64,000 nucleotides of DNA, taken from positions 81,489 through 145,488 of the forward strand of contig VFZN01000006.1 in assembly GCA_016871195.1 (NCBI GenBank). Reading direction: 5' to 3'. This DNA is from Acidobacteriota bacterium. GTDB lineage: Bacteria > Acidobacteriota > Vicinamibacteria > Vicinamibacterales > UBA2999. A program made the position numbers and the translations under genes. The notes beneath the pieces were generated by a model, which saw only the letters and a program-made list of their open reading frames with translations, did not search any database and had not been told where the DNA came from. Of this stretch, positions 1-8,871 are shown one piece after another; the stretch's first letter is position 1, and every line of letters begins with the position of its first letter.

Positions 1-1
1 G

Positions 2-283
2 ATGCTGCTGTCGGGCGGCGAGAAAGCGCTGACGGCCATTGCGCTGATGTTCGCGATTTTCCGGTACAAGCCGAGCCCCTTCTGCCTGCTCGACGAAATC
101 GATGCGCCGCTGGACGACGCCAACATCGGCCGGTTTGTCGAGCTGCTGCGGGGCATGCTGGACCGGACGCAGTTCATCATCATCACGCATAGCCGCAAGA
201 CCATGGAAATTGCCAACCGCCTGTACGGCATCACCATGGAAGAACCCGGGGTCTCAAAACTGATTTCCATCCAGCTGCACTGA
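2..283 (+). CDS. smc: Chromosome segregation protein SMC, C-terminal fragment (5' part lies outside window)
   Basis: Frame open to the window edge. ABC signature [13 protein letters not shown], Walker B/D-loop [13 protein letters not shown] and [13 protein letters not shown] are typical of the SMC head C-lobe. Confidence 0.9.
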   Translation: MLLSGGEKALTAIALMFAIFRYKPSPFCLLDEIDAPLDDANIGRFVELLRGMLDRTQFIIITHSRKTMEIANRLYGITMEEPGVSKLISIQLH

Positions 284-329
284 ACCGGGCCATGGAGGCC
301 CTCGTCTAAACGGCTCAGAGGTGCTGCAC

Positions 330-1154
330 ATGAAGGCCATGACTGGCGTTCGACCGGTGGGACTGGTGCTGATTGGGCTGACCGTGGTGGGCTGCGACAT
401 TCGAACCGACACTGGTGGCGAGTGGGCCATGACCATCGCCAACCGGGAAGCCCAGGATGTCTGGACGCGGAGCGTTCCCCTGCTACCAGGTGGGCGCCTG
501 ATCCTCGAGAACGTCAACGGGGCAGTGGCGGTCGAGGCCACGACGGGGACCGCGCTCGAGATGACGGCCCGCCGCGTCGCCAAGAGCAGCTCTGAGGCCA
601 GCGCGCGCGAACAACTGGACCGGGTGACGATCACCGAGGCGGCCTCGGCGACCGAGGTGCGCGTCGTCGTCCAATACCCCAGATTCAACGGACTCAACAC
701 TGTCGAAGTCGAATGGGAGGTCAAGGTCCCCTCCGGCGTCGCTGTCGATATCACCAACACCAACGGGTCGCTGCGTCTCACAGGGCTCGATGCCCCCGTG
801 TCGGGACGCACGTCCAACGGCCGCATCCAGGCCGAGGCCCTGACCAGCCCGTCCGTCGATGTGGAGACGACGAATGGCCGCGTGTTCATCGACTATGCGC
901 GTCCGCTCGTCGACACCGACCAGGTGATGATCAACTCGACCAATGGCGGCGTGACCCTGACCGTTCCGGAGGCCAGTCGCCTGTCGCTCTCGGCCGATCT
1001 CACTAACGGCGAATTCGATGTCGCAGACCTGCCGGTCCAGCGTGCCGGCACCTCGTCGCGGCAGCACTTCGAGGGCACCCTCAACGGCGGCGGTGCCAGG
1101 GTTGGCATGTCGACTACAAACGGCAGTGTGCACCTGTCGAAACAGAAGTCCTGA
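330..1154 (+). CDS. DUF4097-like (putative adhesin) lipoprotein
   Basis: ATG at 330 preceded by AGAGG. Signal peptide with lipobox VVGC. Repeated beta-strand units with TNG/SNG motifs (TNGSLRL, SNGRIQA, TNGRVFI, TNGGVTL, TNGSVHL). Confidence 0.6.
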   Translation: MKAMTGVRPVGLVLIGLTVVGCDIRTDTGGEWAMTIANREAQDVWTRSVPLLPGGRLILENVNGAVAVEATTGTALEMTARRVAKSSSEASAREQLDRVTITEAASATEVRVVVQYPRFNGLNTVEVEWEVKVPSGVAVDITNTNGSLRLTGLDAPVSGRTSNGRIQAEALTSPSVDVETTNGRVFIDYARPLVDTDQVMINSTNGGVTLTVPEASRLSLSADLTNGEFDVADLPVQRAGTSSRQHFEGTLNGGGARVGMSTTNGSVHLSKQKS

Positions 1155-1191
1155 CGGACTACAGTGAGCGGCGGCCTGTTGGTGCCGTCCC

Positions 1192-2340
1192 GTGAACGTC
1201 GATAAATCCACACGCTATCGTCTGCGCCGCCTTCGGGCCGATGTCGCGGAAGCTGTGCTGGTCCTGACCGGGCTAGGCCTCTGGGCGATGGGGGCCTGGG
1301 GCCTTGCGCCCGCCGTGCGGGGAGTCGTCTCCGAGTCGCACCAGTTCGACTCATGGTGGCGACTGTTCGGGTCATCGGTCGCGGGCCTGTTGGTCATGGG
1401 ACTTCTGTCGCTGCCCGCCCGCGTCTATCGGGATGTTTTTCTGGAACGCCGCTACTTTCCCCACGCACGGGGGGGGCAGCCCTGGGGGCGCCGTGCGCTG
1501 GGGGCCGTGCTGGTGACCGCCGCGGGCGGAGGGCTTCTGCTGGGTAGCATCGTGTGGCTCTGGCAGCGACTGCCGGATGGTTGGTGGCTCGTGGCAGGGG
1601 GCTTGCTGATCTGCCTGCAGTTGGCGTGGGCAGTGGCCGTGCCGGCGTTCGTCCTTCCCCGACTCGCCGCGGTCGAGCCGCTGTCGAGTGCGTCGCTCAC
1701 CACGCGCCTGTCGGCGCTGGTGGCGCGCACGGGAGGGCACGCGCCGCGCATCCTGCGCTGGACCGTCGACGGGCAGCCCGGTCGGGCCCAGGCGGCGCTG
1801 GCGGGCCTCGGCGAGGCGCGGTGCATCCTGCTGTCAGACAGCCTGCTCGATGCCTACTCGGAGGATGAAGTCGAGGTGGTGGTGGCTCACGAACTGGCGC
1901 ACGCGGCGCATGGTGATGTGCGGCTCACACTGGTCCTGCAGGGAGTGTTGGGACTGACCGGTCTGTGCGGCATCCATCTGGGGTGGCCGCTGGTGGCCCC
2001 CTGGCTCGGTGCCCCATCAGCTCCGTCGGCGGAGTCGCTGGCCGCGCTGGTGCTGGCGGGGTGGGGCTGGCAGGGGGTGACCGCGCCGGTGCGGCACGGC
2101 CTGACGCGGCGGCAGGAACGCCGTGCGGATGCCTTTGCCCTGGCGGCCACCGGACGGCCGGAGGCCTTCCTCTCCGCCCTCCGCCGCCTGAAGCAGGAAC
2201 ACCTGGCAGACGACAGCGCCCCGGCGCTTGTGTACTGGTGGACCCACTCGCATCCCCGCATCGCGGAGCGGGTGGCCATGGCCGAGACCTTTACACGCCA
2301 GTCATCAGCCCGTGCGACACTGTCGTCTGGAAGGATGTGA
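1192..2340 (+). CDS. M48-family (Ste24/HtpX-like) membrane zinc metalloprotease
   Basis: Several N-terminal hydrophobic segments followed by HELAHAAHGD (HExxH). Downstream ADAFAL and HSHPRIAERV resemble the M48 C-terminal motif. GTG start is uncertain. Confidence 0.75.
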   Translation: MNVDKSTRYRLRRLRADVAEAVLVLTGLGLWAMGAWGLAPAVRGVVSESHQFDSWWRLFGSSVAGLLVMGLLSLPARVYRDVFLERRYFPHARGGQPWGRRALGAVLVTAAGGGLLLGSIVWLWQRLPDGWWLVAGGLLICLQLAWAVAVPAFVLPRLAAVEPLSSASLTTRLSALVARTGGHAPRILRWTVDGQPGRAQAALAGLGEARCILLSDSLLDAYSEDEVEVVVAHELAHAAHGDVRLTLVLQGVLGLTGLCGIHLGWPLVAPWLGAPSAPSAESLAALVLAGWGWQGVTAPVRHGLTRRQERRADAFALAATGRPEAFLSALRRLKQEHLADDSAPALVYWWTHSHPRIAERVAMAETFTRQSSARATLSSGRM

Positions 2341-2344
2341 CGTG

Positions 2345-3253
2345 ATGACCATTCGGTTGACAGGGGTGGTGCTCGGTGTGCTGCTGGCGTCCGGAGGACT
2401 GATGGCGCAACCGCGCAAGACGAATGTGGCTCACCGTGGTGCCTCGGGCTATGCCCCCGAACACACGCTGGCGGCGTATCGGCTCGCGATTGAGCAGGGA
2501 GCCGACTTTGTGGAGCAGGACCTCGCGGTTACCCGCGACGGCGTCCTGATTTGCCTCCACGACGCCAGCCTCGAGCGCACGACGGATGTCGAGGCCCGGT
2601 TTCCCGACCGTTCGACGGTGACGACCATCGAGGGCCGGACACGAACGGCCTGGCTGGCCAATGACTTCACCCTGGCCGAAATCAAAACGCTCGACGCCGG
2701 GTCGTGGTTCTCGCCGAAGTTTGCCGGCGAACGCATTCCCACGTTCGACGAAGCGGTGGCGCTGGTGAAGGGAAAGGCGGGTCTGTTTCCCGAACTGAAG
2801 ACGCCGGAAATCTACAAGGGACGCGAGGTGCGATTCGAGGCTCTGGTGGCGAGTGCGCTCGATCGCCACGGACTCAGGGGGCCGGCCGCTGATCCGAAGA
2901 CGCCCGTCATTCTGCAGACCTTCGGCGAAGAGACCGCACGCAACCTAGCGACCATGAAGATTAGTGTGCCCATCGTGCTGCTCATTGGAAGCCCAGGCGG
3001 CTGGGACGCCGCTCGGGTCGCCCAGTGGAAGGGCATTGTGCAGGGCTTCGGTCCCAACAAGGGCCTGCTGCTGAAGACACCGGACTTTGTCGCATGGGCG
3101 CACGCACAGGGTCAGACGGTGGTGCCCTACACCTTCCGTGCGGGCGAGAAGGGCAGCTTTGTCTCGGTGAAGGCCGAGATGGAACATTTCCTCTACACGC
3201 TGGGTGTCGACGGCGTTTTCACCGACAACCCCGACCAGTTTCCCAGACGCTGA
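2345..3253 (+). CDS. glpQ: Glycerophosphodiester phosphodiesterase, secreted
   Basis: ATG at 2345 with GGAAGGA upstream; signal peptide. AHRGASGYAPEHTLAAYRLAIEQGADFVEQDL...LHD is the GDPD catalytic region. The in-frame upstream part of ORF 2228 overlaps the M48 gene. Confidence 0.88.
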   Translation: MTIRLTGVVLGVLLASGGLMAQPRKTNVAHRGASGYAPEHTLAAYRLAIEQGADFVEQDLAVTRDGVLICLHDASLERTTDVEARFPDRSTVTTIEGRTRTAWLANDFTLAEIKTLDAGSWFSPKFAGERIPTFDEAVALVKGKAGLFPELKTPEIYKGREVRFEALVASALDRHGLRGPAADPKTPVILQTFGEETARNLATMKISVPIVLLIGSPGGWDAARVAQWKGIVQGFGPNKGLLLKTPDFVAWAHAQGQTVVPYTFRAGEKGSFVSVKAEMEHFLYTLGVDGVFTDNPDQFPRR

Positions 3254-3260
3254 ACACTTC

Positions 3261-3284
3261 GGGTGCCCCTGCGCGGGGGCACCC
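3261..3284. terminator. GC-rich perfect palindrome (9-bp stem, 6-nt loop) downstream of glpQ; copy 1 of a recurring motif
   Basis: gggtgcccc-tgcgcg-ggggcaccc read directly. No U-tract. Confidence 0.5.
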
Positions 3285-3285
3285 G

Positions 3286-3333
3286 TCATCTGGCCTTGAC
3301 GACCAGCGTGCCGGTCACGGAACGCCATGCCAG
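3286..3333 (-). pseudogene. Remnant of the 3' end of a cupredoxin-like gene (about 15 codons plus stop)
   Basis: Nucleotides 3291-3330 match 3901-3940 at 33 of 40 positions by hand alignment. Encodes ...SVTGTLVVKAR* versus ...AMTGTLTVKAR* of the intact gene at 3896-4267. Confidence 0.45.
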
Positions 3334-3408
3334 GGCAAGGCGCACGCCTCGTCTGACGCACTGCTCGGCCGGGCATTCCCGGTGGTGGCGGCGCGCTATG
3401 CTCGCTGC

Positions 3409-3843
3409 ATGAGCATCGACTACACGGGCACGGTCCGCGTCTCCCGCCGCATCCTCGTGGCTCCCGAGCGCGCGTTCGACGCATGGGTTAATCCCGCGCT
3501 CGCGAGGCGCTGGCTGTTCGCTCCGCTCACTGGCCAGATCGTCCGCTGCGAGATCGACGCGCGACCGCGCGGCTCGTTCGTCATCACCGACCGACGCGAC
3601 GGCGAAGACGTCGAGCACGTGGGCACCTACACCGAGGTCGAGCGCCCAGGGCACCTGGCATTCACTTTCGGTGTGCCGAAATACTCGGGTGACCTTTCCT
3701 CAGTCAACGTCACCGTGGCAGCCGACGGCGACGGATGCGTCGTGACGGTCGAAAACCTCGACGTCCCGCCGGAATGGCGGACGCAGACTGCGCAGGGGTG
3801 GGGCGACCTGCTCGGAAAGGTCGAGGTGATCTTGACCGATTGA
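3409..3843 (+). CDS. SRPBCC/AHSA1-domain protein (activator of Hsp90 ATPase homolog 1-like fold)
   Basis: 144 aa. Pattern R.I.AP.E.AFDAW..P....RW + G.Y.E.E.P..L.F.F + W..GWG..L..L is characteristic of the AHSA1/SRPBCC family. TATGCT box lies 6 nt before the ATG; no SD. Confidence 0.7.
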   Translation: MSIDYTGTVRVSRRILVAPERAFDAWVNPALARRWLFAPLTGQIVRCEIDARPRGSFVITDRRDGEDVEHVGTYTEVERPGHLAFTFGVPKYSGDLSSVNVTVAADGDGCVVTVENLDVPPEWRTQTAQGWGDLLGKVEVILTD

Positions 3844-3863
3844 GACCTCACACGGAACGGCTG

Positions 3864-3887
3864 GAGTGCCCCTGCGAGGGGGCACTC
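3864..3887. terminator. GC-rich palindrome, copy 2 (convergent terminator between the SRPBCC and cupredoxin genes)
   Basis: gagtgcccc-tgcgag-ggggcactc; 21 of 24 nt identical to copy 1. The two stem differences are compensatory (G-C to A-T). Confidence 0.55.
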
Positions 3888-3895
3888 GCGACCCG

Positions 3896-4267
3896 TTACC
3901 GGGCCTTGACGGTCAGCGTGCCGGTCATGGCACGGCAGGCGTCATCGGCTGTCAGGGCGCAATAGAACTGGAAGGTGCCCACCCGATCGGCGCGAAACTC
4001 AAAGGTGGTCGTGCCTCCGGCGGGAATGCGCTTCACGATGCGGTAGGCATCGATGGCGAAGCTGTAGGGCTGGTCCTCGGCCGTGATAGTCACCCGCACC
4101 AGATCATCCTGGGCGACTTCAAGGCGATCGGGGATGAACTTGTGGTCGCGCGCAACCATCGTGAAATCGCGGCGGTTCCGCGCGGCGTCCTGCCCGGTGG
4201 CCGTGAGGGTCGCGACCGAGAGCAGCAGCAGACATCCGGTGATCATGGCGCGCAGCATGTGACTCAT
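3896..4267 (-). CDS. Secreted cupredoxin-fold protein with non-canonical metal-site residues
   Basis: Signal peptide. Pattern F.P..LEV...D.V.V.I......F.I......IPAGG...F.F.A...G.F.FYC........M.G.L.V fits single-domain cupredoxins. The usual His positions are not His. Confidence 0.6.
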   Translation of the reverse strand: MSHMLRAMITGCLLLLSVATLTATGQDAARNRRDFTMVARDHKFIPDRLEVAQDDLVRVTITAEDQPYSFAIDAYRIVKRIPAGGTTTFEFRADRVGTFQFYCALTADDACRAMTGTLTVKAR

Positions 4268-4286
4268 TGTAGGTCCGGACAGAGCA

Positions 4287-4319
4287 ACGCCGGGCGCGTC
4301 TGTCGACGGCTCCCGGCGT
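4287..4319 (-). terminator. Hairpin downstream of pnp (acgccggg ... cccggcgt)
   Basis: 8-bp GC stem with a 17-nt loop, 26 nt after the pnp stop. Weak U-tract. Confidence 0.35.
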
Positions 4320-4344
4320 CACTCCTGTGTCGCTGTCGCGGCGG

Positions 4345-6549
4345 CTAGTCGTTGCGACGGGGACCTCGGTCGCCGCGGTCACGGCGTGGGCCGCGTGGCC
4401 GATCGTCCCCCCCGGCCGGAGCGTCGCTGCCGGCGTCTCCCGAGCCTGCCGGCGGCGCGCCACCTTCTTCGGGGCTGATCAGGGCCTTGCGCGACAGGCG
4501 AATCTTGCCCGTCGGGTCGATGTTGATGACTTTCACCAGCACCTGCTGGCCTTCCTTCAGCTCGTCGCGCACGTCCTTGACGCGGTAGTGGGCGATTTCG
4601 CTGACGTGCAGTAGTCCGTCGGTGCCCGGCATGATTTCAATGAATGCGCCGAAGTCGGTGATGCGCTGCACCTTGCCGAGGTAGGTCTTATTGAGCTCGG
4701 CCGTGGCCGTCAGCTCCTGGATGATGCCGATGGCCTTGGCGGCTGCCGACTCATCTGCCGACGCCACGTTGACCTGCCCATCGTCCTGGACCTCGATCTT
4801 CACGCCGGTGCGCTCGATGATCGAGCGGATCATCTTGCCGCCGGGCCCGATGACGTCGCGGATCTTGTCAACCGGAATGCGGATGGTGACGATGCGCGGG
4901 GCATAGGCCGACATGCTGGTGCGGGCCGAGGGCAGCGCCGCCTCCATGATGCCGAGGATGTGCATGCGTCCGGCGCGGGCCTGGGTGAGCGCGGCGCGCA
5001 TAACGTCCGGCGAGATGCCGGTGACCTTGATGTCCATCTGCAGCGCCGTGATGCCGTTGGCGGTGCCGGCCACCTTGAAGTCCATGTCGCCGAAGTGGTC
5101 TTCCGCACCGGCGATATCACTCAGCACGGCGTACTTGCCAGACGCCTCGTCGACGATGAGGCCCATGGCGACACCGGCCACCGGCGCCTTGATGGGCACG
5201 CCGGCATCCATCATCGACAGCGAGCCGCCGCAGACCGACGCCATGGACGAGGAGCCGTTGCTCTCGAGGATGTCGGACACGATGCGCACGGTGTAGGCGA
5301 ACTCGGTTTCCGAGGGCATCACTGCAGCGAGGGCTCGCTCGGCGAGGGCGCCGTGACCAATTTCGCGGCGACCGGGGCCGCGCATCGGCTTGACTTCACC
5401 CACCGAGAACGGGGGGAAGTTGTAGTGCAGCATGAACCGCTTCCAGGTCTCGCCGTCGACCATCTCGATCTTCTGCTGGTCGTCGGACGTGCCGAGCGTG
5501 GCGGTGACAAGAGCCTGCGTCTCGCCGCGGGTGAAGACGGCCGAGCCGTGCACGCGCGGCAGCACCGTCGTTTCGATGCTGATGGGGCGAATCTCGTCGA
5601 AGCGGCGTCCGTCGAGGCGCACACCGCGCTGGAGCACTTCGTCGCGCAGCACTTTCTCCTGCAGCGCACCCATGATGCCCTTGGCTTCGCCCTTGCGGTC
5701 GGCGGCCTCGGCAGGCAGCGCGGCCAGGACCTGCTTTTCGACCTGCGCCACCTGGGCATAGTTCTCGAGCTTGGTTCTGATGCGCATAGCCTCGGTCAGC
5801 GGGGCGAGTGCCAGCCCTTCGACCATGGCGTGGAAGCTGGCGTCGACCGTCACGGCGGGCTTGGGGAGCTTGGCCTTGCCGGCCCGGGCCGCGAGCTCAT
5901 CAATGCCGGAGCACAGCTGCTTGATGGCCTGATGGGCTGCGTCGAGCCCAGCCAGCGCTTCGTCTTCCGAGACTTCCCTGGCGCCTGCTTCCACCATGAC
6001 GATGCCGTCATGGCTGCCGGCGACTACGAGATCGAGGCGACTCTGGCGACGCTGCTCGAACGTCGGGTTGATGATGTAGGCGCCATCGACGAGACCCACG
6101 CGAACGCCCGCGATGGTCTTCTCGAGCGGCATGTCCGACAGGGCCAGTGCGGCAGCTGCGCCAGTGATGGCCAGCACGTCGGCGTCGTTGTCCTTGTCGG
6201 CCGAGAGCACAAACGCAATGACCTGGGTCTCGAAGCTCCAGCCGGCCGGGAAGAGCGGACGGATGGGGCGGTCGATGACGCGACTGGTCAGGGTTTCCTT
6301 CTCGGTGGCCTTACCCTCGCGCTTGAAGAAGCCGCCGGGAATGCGACCTGCCGAGTAGGCATACTCGCGGTAGTCGACGGTCAGCGGCAGGAAATCGATG
6401 CCTTCGCGGGGGCTCCCCGCATGGCAGGCCGTGACCAGCACCATGGTGTCGCCCATGCGGACGACCACCGAGCCGTGGGCCTGCTTGGCCCACTTGCCCG
6501 TTTCGATCGTCAGCGACCGACCCCCGAATGAAATCTCATTGATATGCAT
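4345..6549 (-). CDS. pnp: Polyribonucleotide nucleotidyltransferase (PNPase)
   Basis: 734 aa with two RNase PH domains, KH ([18 protein letters not shown]) and S1 ([17 protein letters not shown]), plus an Arg/Gly/Asp-rich C-terminal tail. Confidence 0.98.
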   Translation of the reverse strand: MHINEISFGGRSLTIETGKWAKQAHGSVVVRMGDTMVLVTACHAGSPREGIDFLPLTVDYREYAYSAGRIPGGFFKREGKATEKETLTSRVIDRPIRPLFPAGWSFETQVIAFVLSADKDNDADVLAITGAAAALALSDMPLEKTIAGVRVGLVDGAYIINPTFEQRRQSRLDLVVAGSHDGIVMVEAGAREVSEDEALAGLDAAHQAIKQLCSGIDELAARAGKAKLPKPAVTVDASFHAMVEGLALAPLTEAMRIRTKLENYAQVAQVEKQVLAALPAEAADRKGEAKGIMGALQEKVLRDEVLQRGVRLDGRRFDEIRPISIETTVLPRVHGSAVFTRGETQALVTATLGTSDDQQKIEMVDGETWKRFMLHYNFPPFSVGEVKPMRGPGRREIGHGALAERALAAVMPSETEFAYTVRIVSDILESNGSSSMASVCGGSLSMMDAGVPIKAPVAGVAMGLIVDEASGKYAVLSDIAGAEDHFGDMDFKVAGTANGITALQMDIKVTGISPDVMRAALTQARAGRMHILGIMEAALPSARTSMSAYAPRIVTIRIPVDKIRDVIGPGGKMIRSIIERTGVKIEVQDDGQVNVASADESAAAKAIGIIQELTATAELNKTYLGKVQRITDFGAFIEIMPGTDGLLHVSEIAHYRVKDVRDELKEGQQVLVKVINIDPTGKIRLSRKALISPEEGGAPPAGSGDAGSDAPAGGDDRPRGPRRDRGDRGPRRND

Positions 6550-6632
6550 AGCGAACCTTTCGACCGTGGCCGCCGGGGCGCCCGTCAGTAGGTGCCTCGG
6601 CGACCGGCCGGAAACCGATGTGGGTGACAGAA
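6550..6632 (-). promoter_or_regulatory. rpsO terminator / pnp leader hairpin region
   Basis: The minus-strand RNA GGUCGCCGAGGCAC...GCGCCCCGGCGGCC can form a roughly 14-bp imperfect stem. It is followed by GAAAGG and the pnp AUG. Confidence 0.5.
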
Positions 6633-6902
6633 CTACTTGCGGATGCCCAGCCGCTGGATGAGCGAGGCGTAGCGGTCCAGATCCTTGCTCTTGAGGTAAT
6701 CCAGCAGGCGACGGCGCTGGCCGACGAGCTTGAGCAGGCCGCGGCGCGAGTGGTGATCCTTCGCGTGCGTCTTGAAGTGTTCGGTCAGATACGAGATGCG
6801 GTCGCTCAGCAGGGCCACCTGCACTTCGGGCGAACCGGTGTCGCTGGAATGAGTCTTGTAATCGCCGATCAGGGCGGTCTTCTTGTCCTTGGTCAGTGCC
6901 AC
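6633..6902 (-). CDS. rpsO: 30S ribosomal protein S15
   Basis: GTG at 6902 with GGAGG 4 nt upstream gives the canonical 89 aa. ALTKDKK...[44 protein letters not shown]. Confidence 0.95.
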   Translation of the reverse strand: MALTKDKKTALIGDYKTHSSDTGSPEVQVALLSDRISYLTEHFKTHAKDHHSRRGLLKLVGQRRRLLDYLKSKDLDRYASLIQRLGIRK

Positions 6903-6997
6903 GGTGCCTCCACGCACGGCCCAGAGGCAGCAGGATGCTGCGGGTCCAGACCGCCGTCTATGACGACTCTCAGAGTCGTCGGGAAACCTCAATTATA
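6903..6997 (-). promoter_or_regulatory. rpsO promoter (-10 TATAAT at 6997-6992) and structured 5' UTR
   Basis: The CTATAAT box abuts the truB stop codon. The leader has an 8-bp hairpin (plus coordinates 6962-6980), a GCAGCA/UGCUGC hairpin, and UGCCUC (6929-6924) complementary to GAGGCA covering the SD (6910-6905). Confidence 0.55.
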
Positions 6998-7906
6998 GTC
7001 GAACCGTCGGTGGGGTGCCCAGCCAAAAACCACCGTAGGGTGCAGGAAGCCCGGCTGCCGCGCCGGCACTGCCAGCCCCAGCAGGCGGCCCTCGTCATCG
7101 AAAAGGCGCGTCAACGAGGGAGGCACCGAATCCGGCGACGGGCACGGCAGGTCGACGCCCTTCCGGGCCCGGGCGGCCGTTGGCCCGTCGAGATGCAGCG
7201 CCGGTCGGTCGGTCATGAGGGACGTCATGGGGATGACCCGGGCCTGAACGGTGTGGCGGTCGACCGTGGCGAGGGTATCGAGCGTCACCGCCTGGTCCAG
7301 CGAGAACGAGCCGACCCGTGTCCGGCGCAGTTGCTGGAGGGCCGCTCCGGTGCCCAGCATCTGGCCCAGGTCGTGCGCCAGGGACCGGACATAGAACCCC
7401 GACGAGACGGTCATCGTGAGGACGGCGCACTCGCCGTCGAAGGCGTCGAGTGTCAGGGCGTGCACCTGGACCGCGACCGGGGCCAGCGCTGGGGGGGGCT
7501 GTCCGGTGCGGCGCGCCAGGTCATAGGAGCGGTGGCCGTCGATCTTCTTGGCGGAGAAGACCGGCGGTGTCTGCAGCTGCGAGCCACGGAACTGGTCAAG
7601 GGCCTGCGCGATGGCGTCACGCGTGGGCCGCACGTCGCTGCGGCTGCAGACCTCGCCCAGCGTGTCATAGGTGGTGGTGACGACTCCGAACCTGACAGTA
7701 GCCTGGTAGGTCTTGTCGGTGGCCATCAGATACTGAACCAGGCGAGTGGCCTGCCCAATGGCTAGGGCGAGGACACCCGTGGCCAGCGGGTCGAGGGTGC
7801 CGCAGTGGCCGATCCGCCGCTCGCCAAGTGCCCGGCGCGCCACCGCTACGACGTCGTGCGACGTCGGGCCCTGCGGTTTGTCGACGACGAGCACGCCGGC
7901 GGTCAT
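6989..7906 (-). CDS. truB: tRNA pseudouridine(55) synthase
   Basis: Starts [20 protein letters not shown]; catalytic [13 protein letters not shown] overlap with the upstream DHH gene. The longer ORF-track N-terminus overlaps that gene. Confidence 0.93.
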   Translation of the reverse strand: MTAGVLVVDKPQGPTSHDVVAVARRALGERRIGHCGTLDPLATGVLALAIGQATRLVQYLMATDKTYQATVRFGVVTTTYDTLGEVCSRSDVRPTRDAIAQALDQFRGSQLQTPPVFSAKKIDGHRSYDLARRTGQPPPALAPVAVQVHALTLDAFDGECAVLTMTVSSGFYVRSLAHDLGQMLGTGAALQQLRRTRVGSFSLDQAVTLDTLATVDRHTVQARVIPMTSLMTDRPALHLDGPTAARARKGVDLPCPSPDSVPPSLTRLFDDEGRLLGLAVPARQPGFLHPTVVFGWAPHRRFDYN

Positions 7907-8871
7907 GCCTGCACGGCCGCGGCCAGCAGCGGGGTCAGTCGGCGCAGGCACTCGTCGTAGGTGCCAGTGACGGAACACCCGGCGGCATTGGTATGCCCTC
8001 CGCCCCCGAAGCCGCGTGCGATGGCGCCGATGTCGACGACGCCCTTCGATCGGAGGCTGAGCCGCCAATCGAGATCGCCGGCTTCTTTCAGGAACGCCAC
8101 GGCCTGGATGTCCTTGACGGTCAGCGGAAAGTTGATCAGGCCCTCGGTGTCGTCGTAGGTGCCGCCCAGTTGCGCCGCCATGTCGCGCGTGATGTGGAGC
8201 ACAGCGATGCGTCCGTCGGCCAGGGTGGTCATCGTGTTCAGCACGGCACCGAAGATGCGGACGCGCCCGAGCGAGTTGCTGTCGTAGTGTGTCCGGGCAA
8301 TCCACTGCGGGTCGGCCCCGGCTGCCACGGCGCGCGCCGCGAGGTGATACGTGCGCGGCGTCAGGTGCGAGAAGTGGAACGAGCCGGTGTCGGTGAGGAT
8401 GGCGAGGTAGAGATGCGTCGCGATGGCAGGGTTGAGTGCCACGCCCAGCGCATCAATCAGCGTGAAGGCCTGCTCTCCGCAGGCGGCAGCCTGTTCATCA
8501 ATCCAGTTGATCGTGCCGTATTGCGTATTGCCGGGGTGGTGGTCGATGTTGATGACGGGTGACTGGTCGAGCCCGCCGATGCCGCAGCGCGACAGGTTGC
8601 TGCATTCCATGACCAGCACGGCATCGACGCGCTCGCGCACCTCGTTGGTGACCAGCAGGTCGCTGACGTGGGGGAATGGCTGCAGGAAGGCCGGGGGCAC
8701 GGCGTCCATCACGACCGTGGCGTGTTTCCCCATGGCCTGCAGGGCGAGCGCCATGGCGAAGGCCGAACCGATGGCGTCACCATCGGGGCGCTGGTGAGAG
8801 GTCACCAGAAATCGCCGACCCTGCTGCAGGTGGCGTACCAGCGCGTGGGGCGGACTACTTGACGGAATCAT
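7903..8871 (-). CDS. nrnA: DHH/DHHA1 phosphoesterase, NrnA-like (oligoribonuclease/pAp phosphatase family)
   Basis: Motifs HQRPDGDAIGS, NIDHH and GGGHTNAAG. 322 aa. Confidence 0.8.
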   Translation of the reverse strand: MIPSSSPPHALVRHLQQGRRFLVTSHQRPDGDAIGSAFAMALALQAMGKHATVVMDAVPPAFLQPFPHVSDLLVTNEVRERVDAVLVMECSNLSRCGIGGLDQSPVINIDHHPGNTQYGTINWIDEQAAACGEQAFTLIDALGVALNPAIATHLYLAILTDTGSFHFSHLTPRTYHLAARAVAAGADPQWIARTHYDSNSLGRVRIFGAVLNTMTTLADGRIAVLHITRDMAAQLGGTYDDTEGLINFPLTVKDIQAVAFLKEAGDLDWRLSLRSKGVVDIGAIARGFGGGGHTNAAGCSVTGTYDECLRRLTPLLAAAVQA

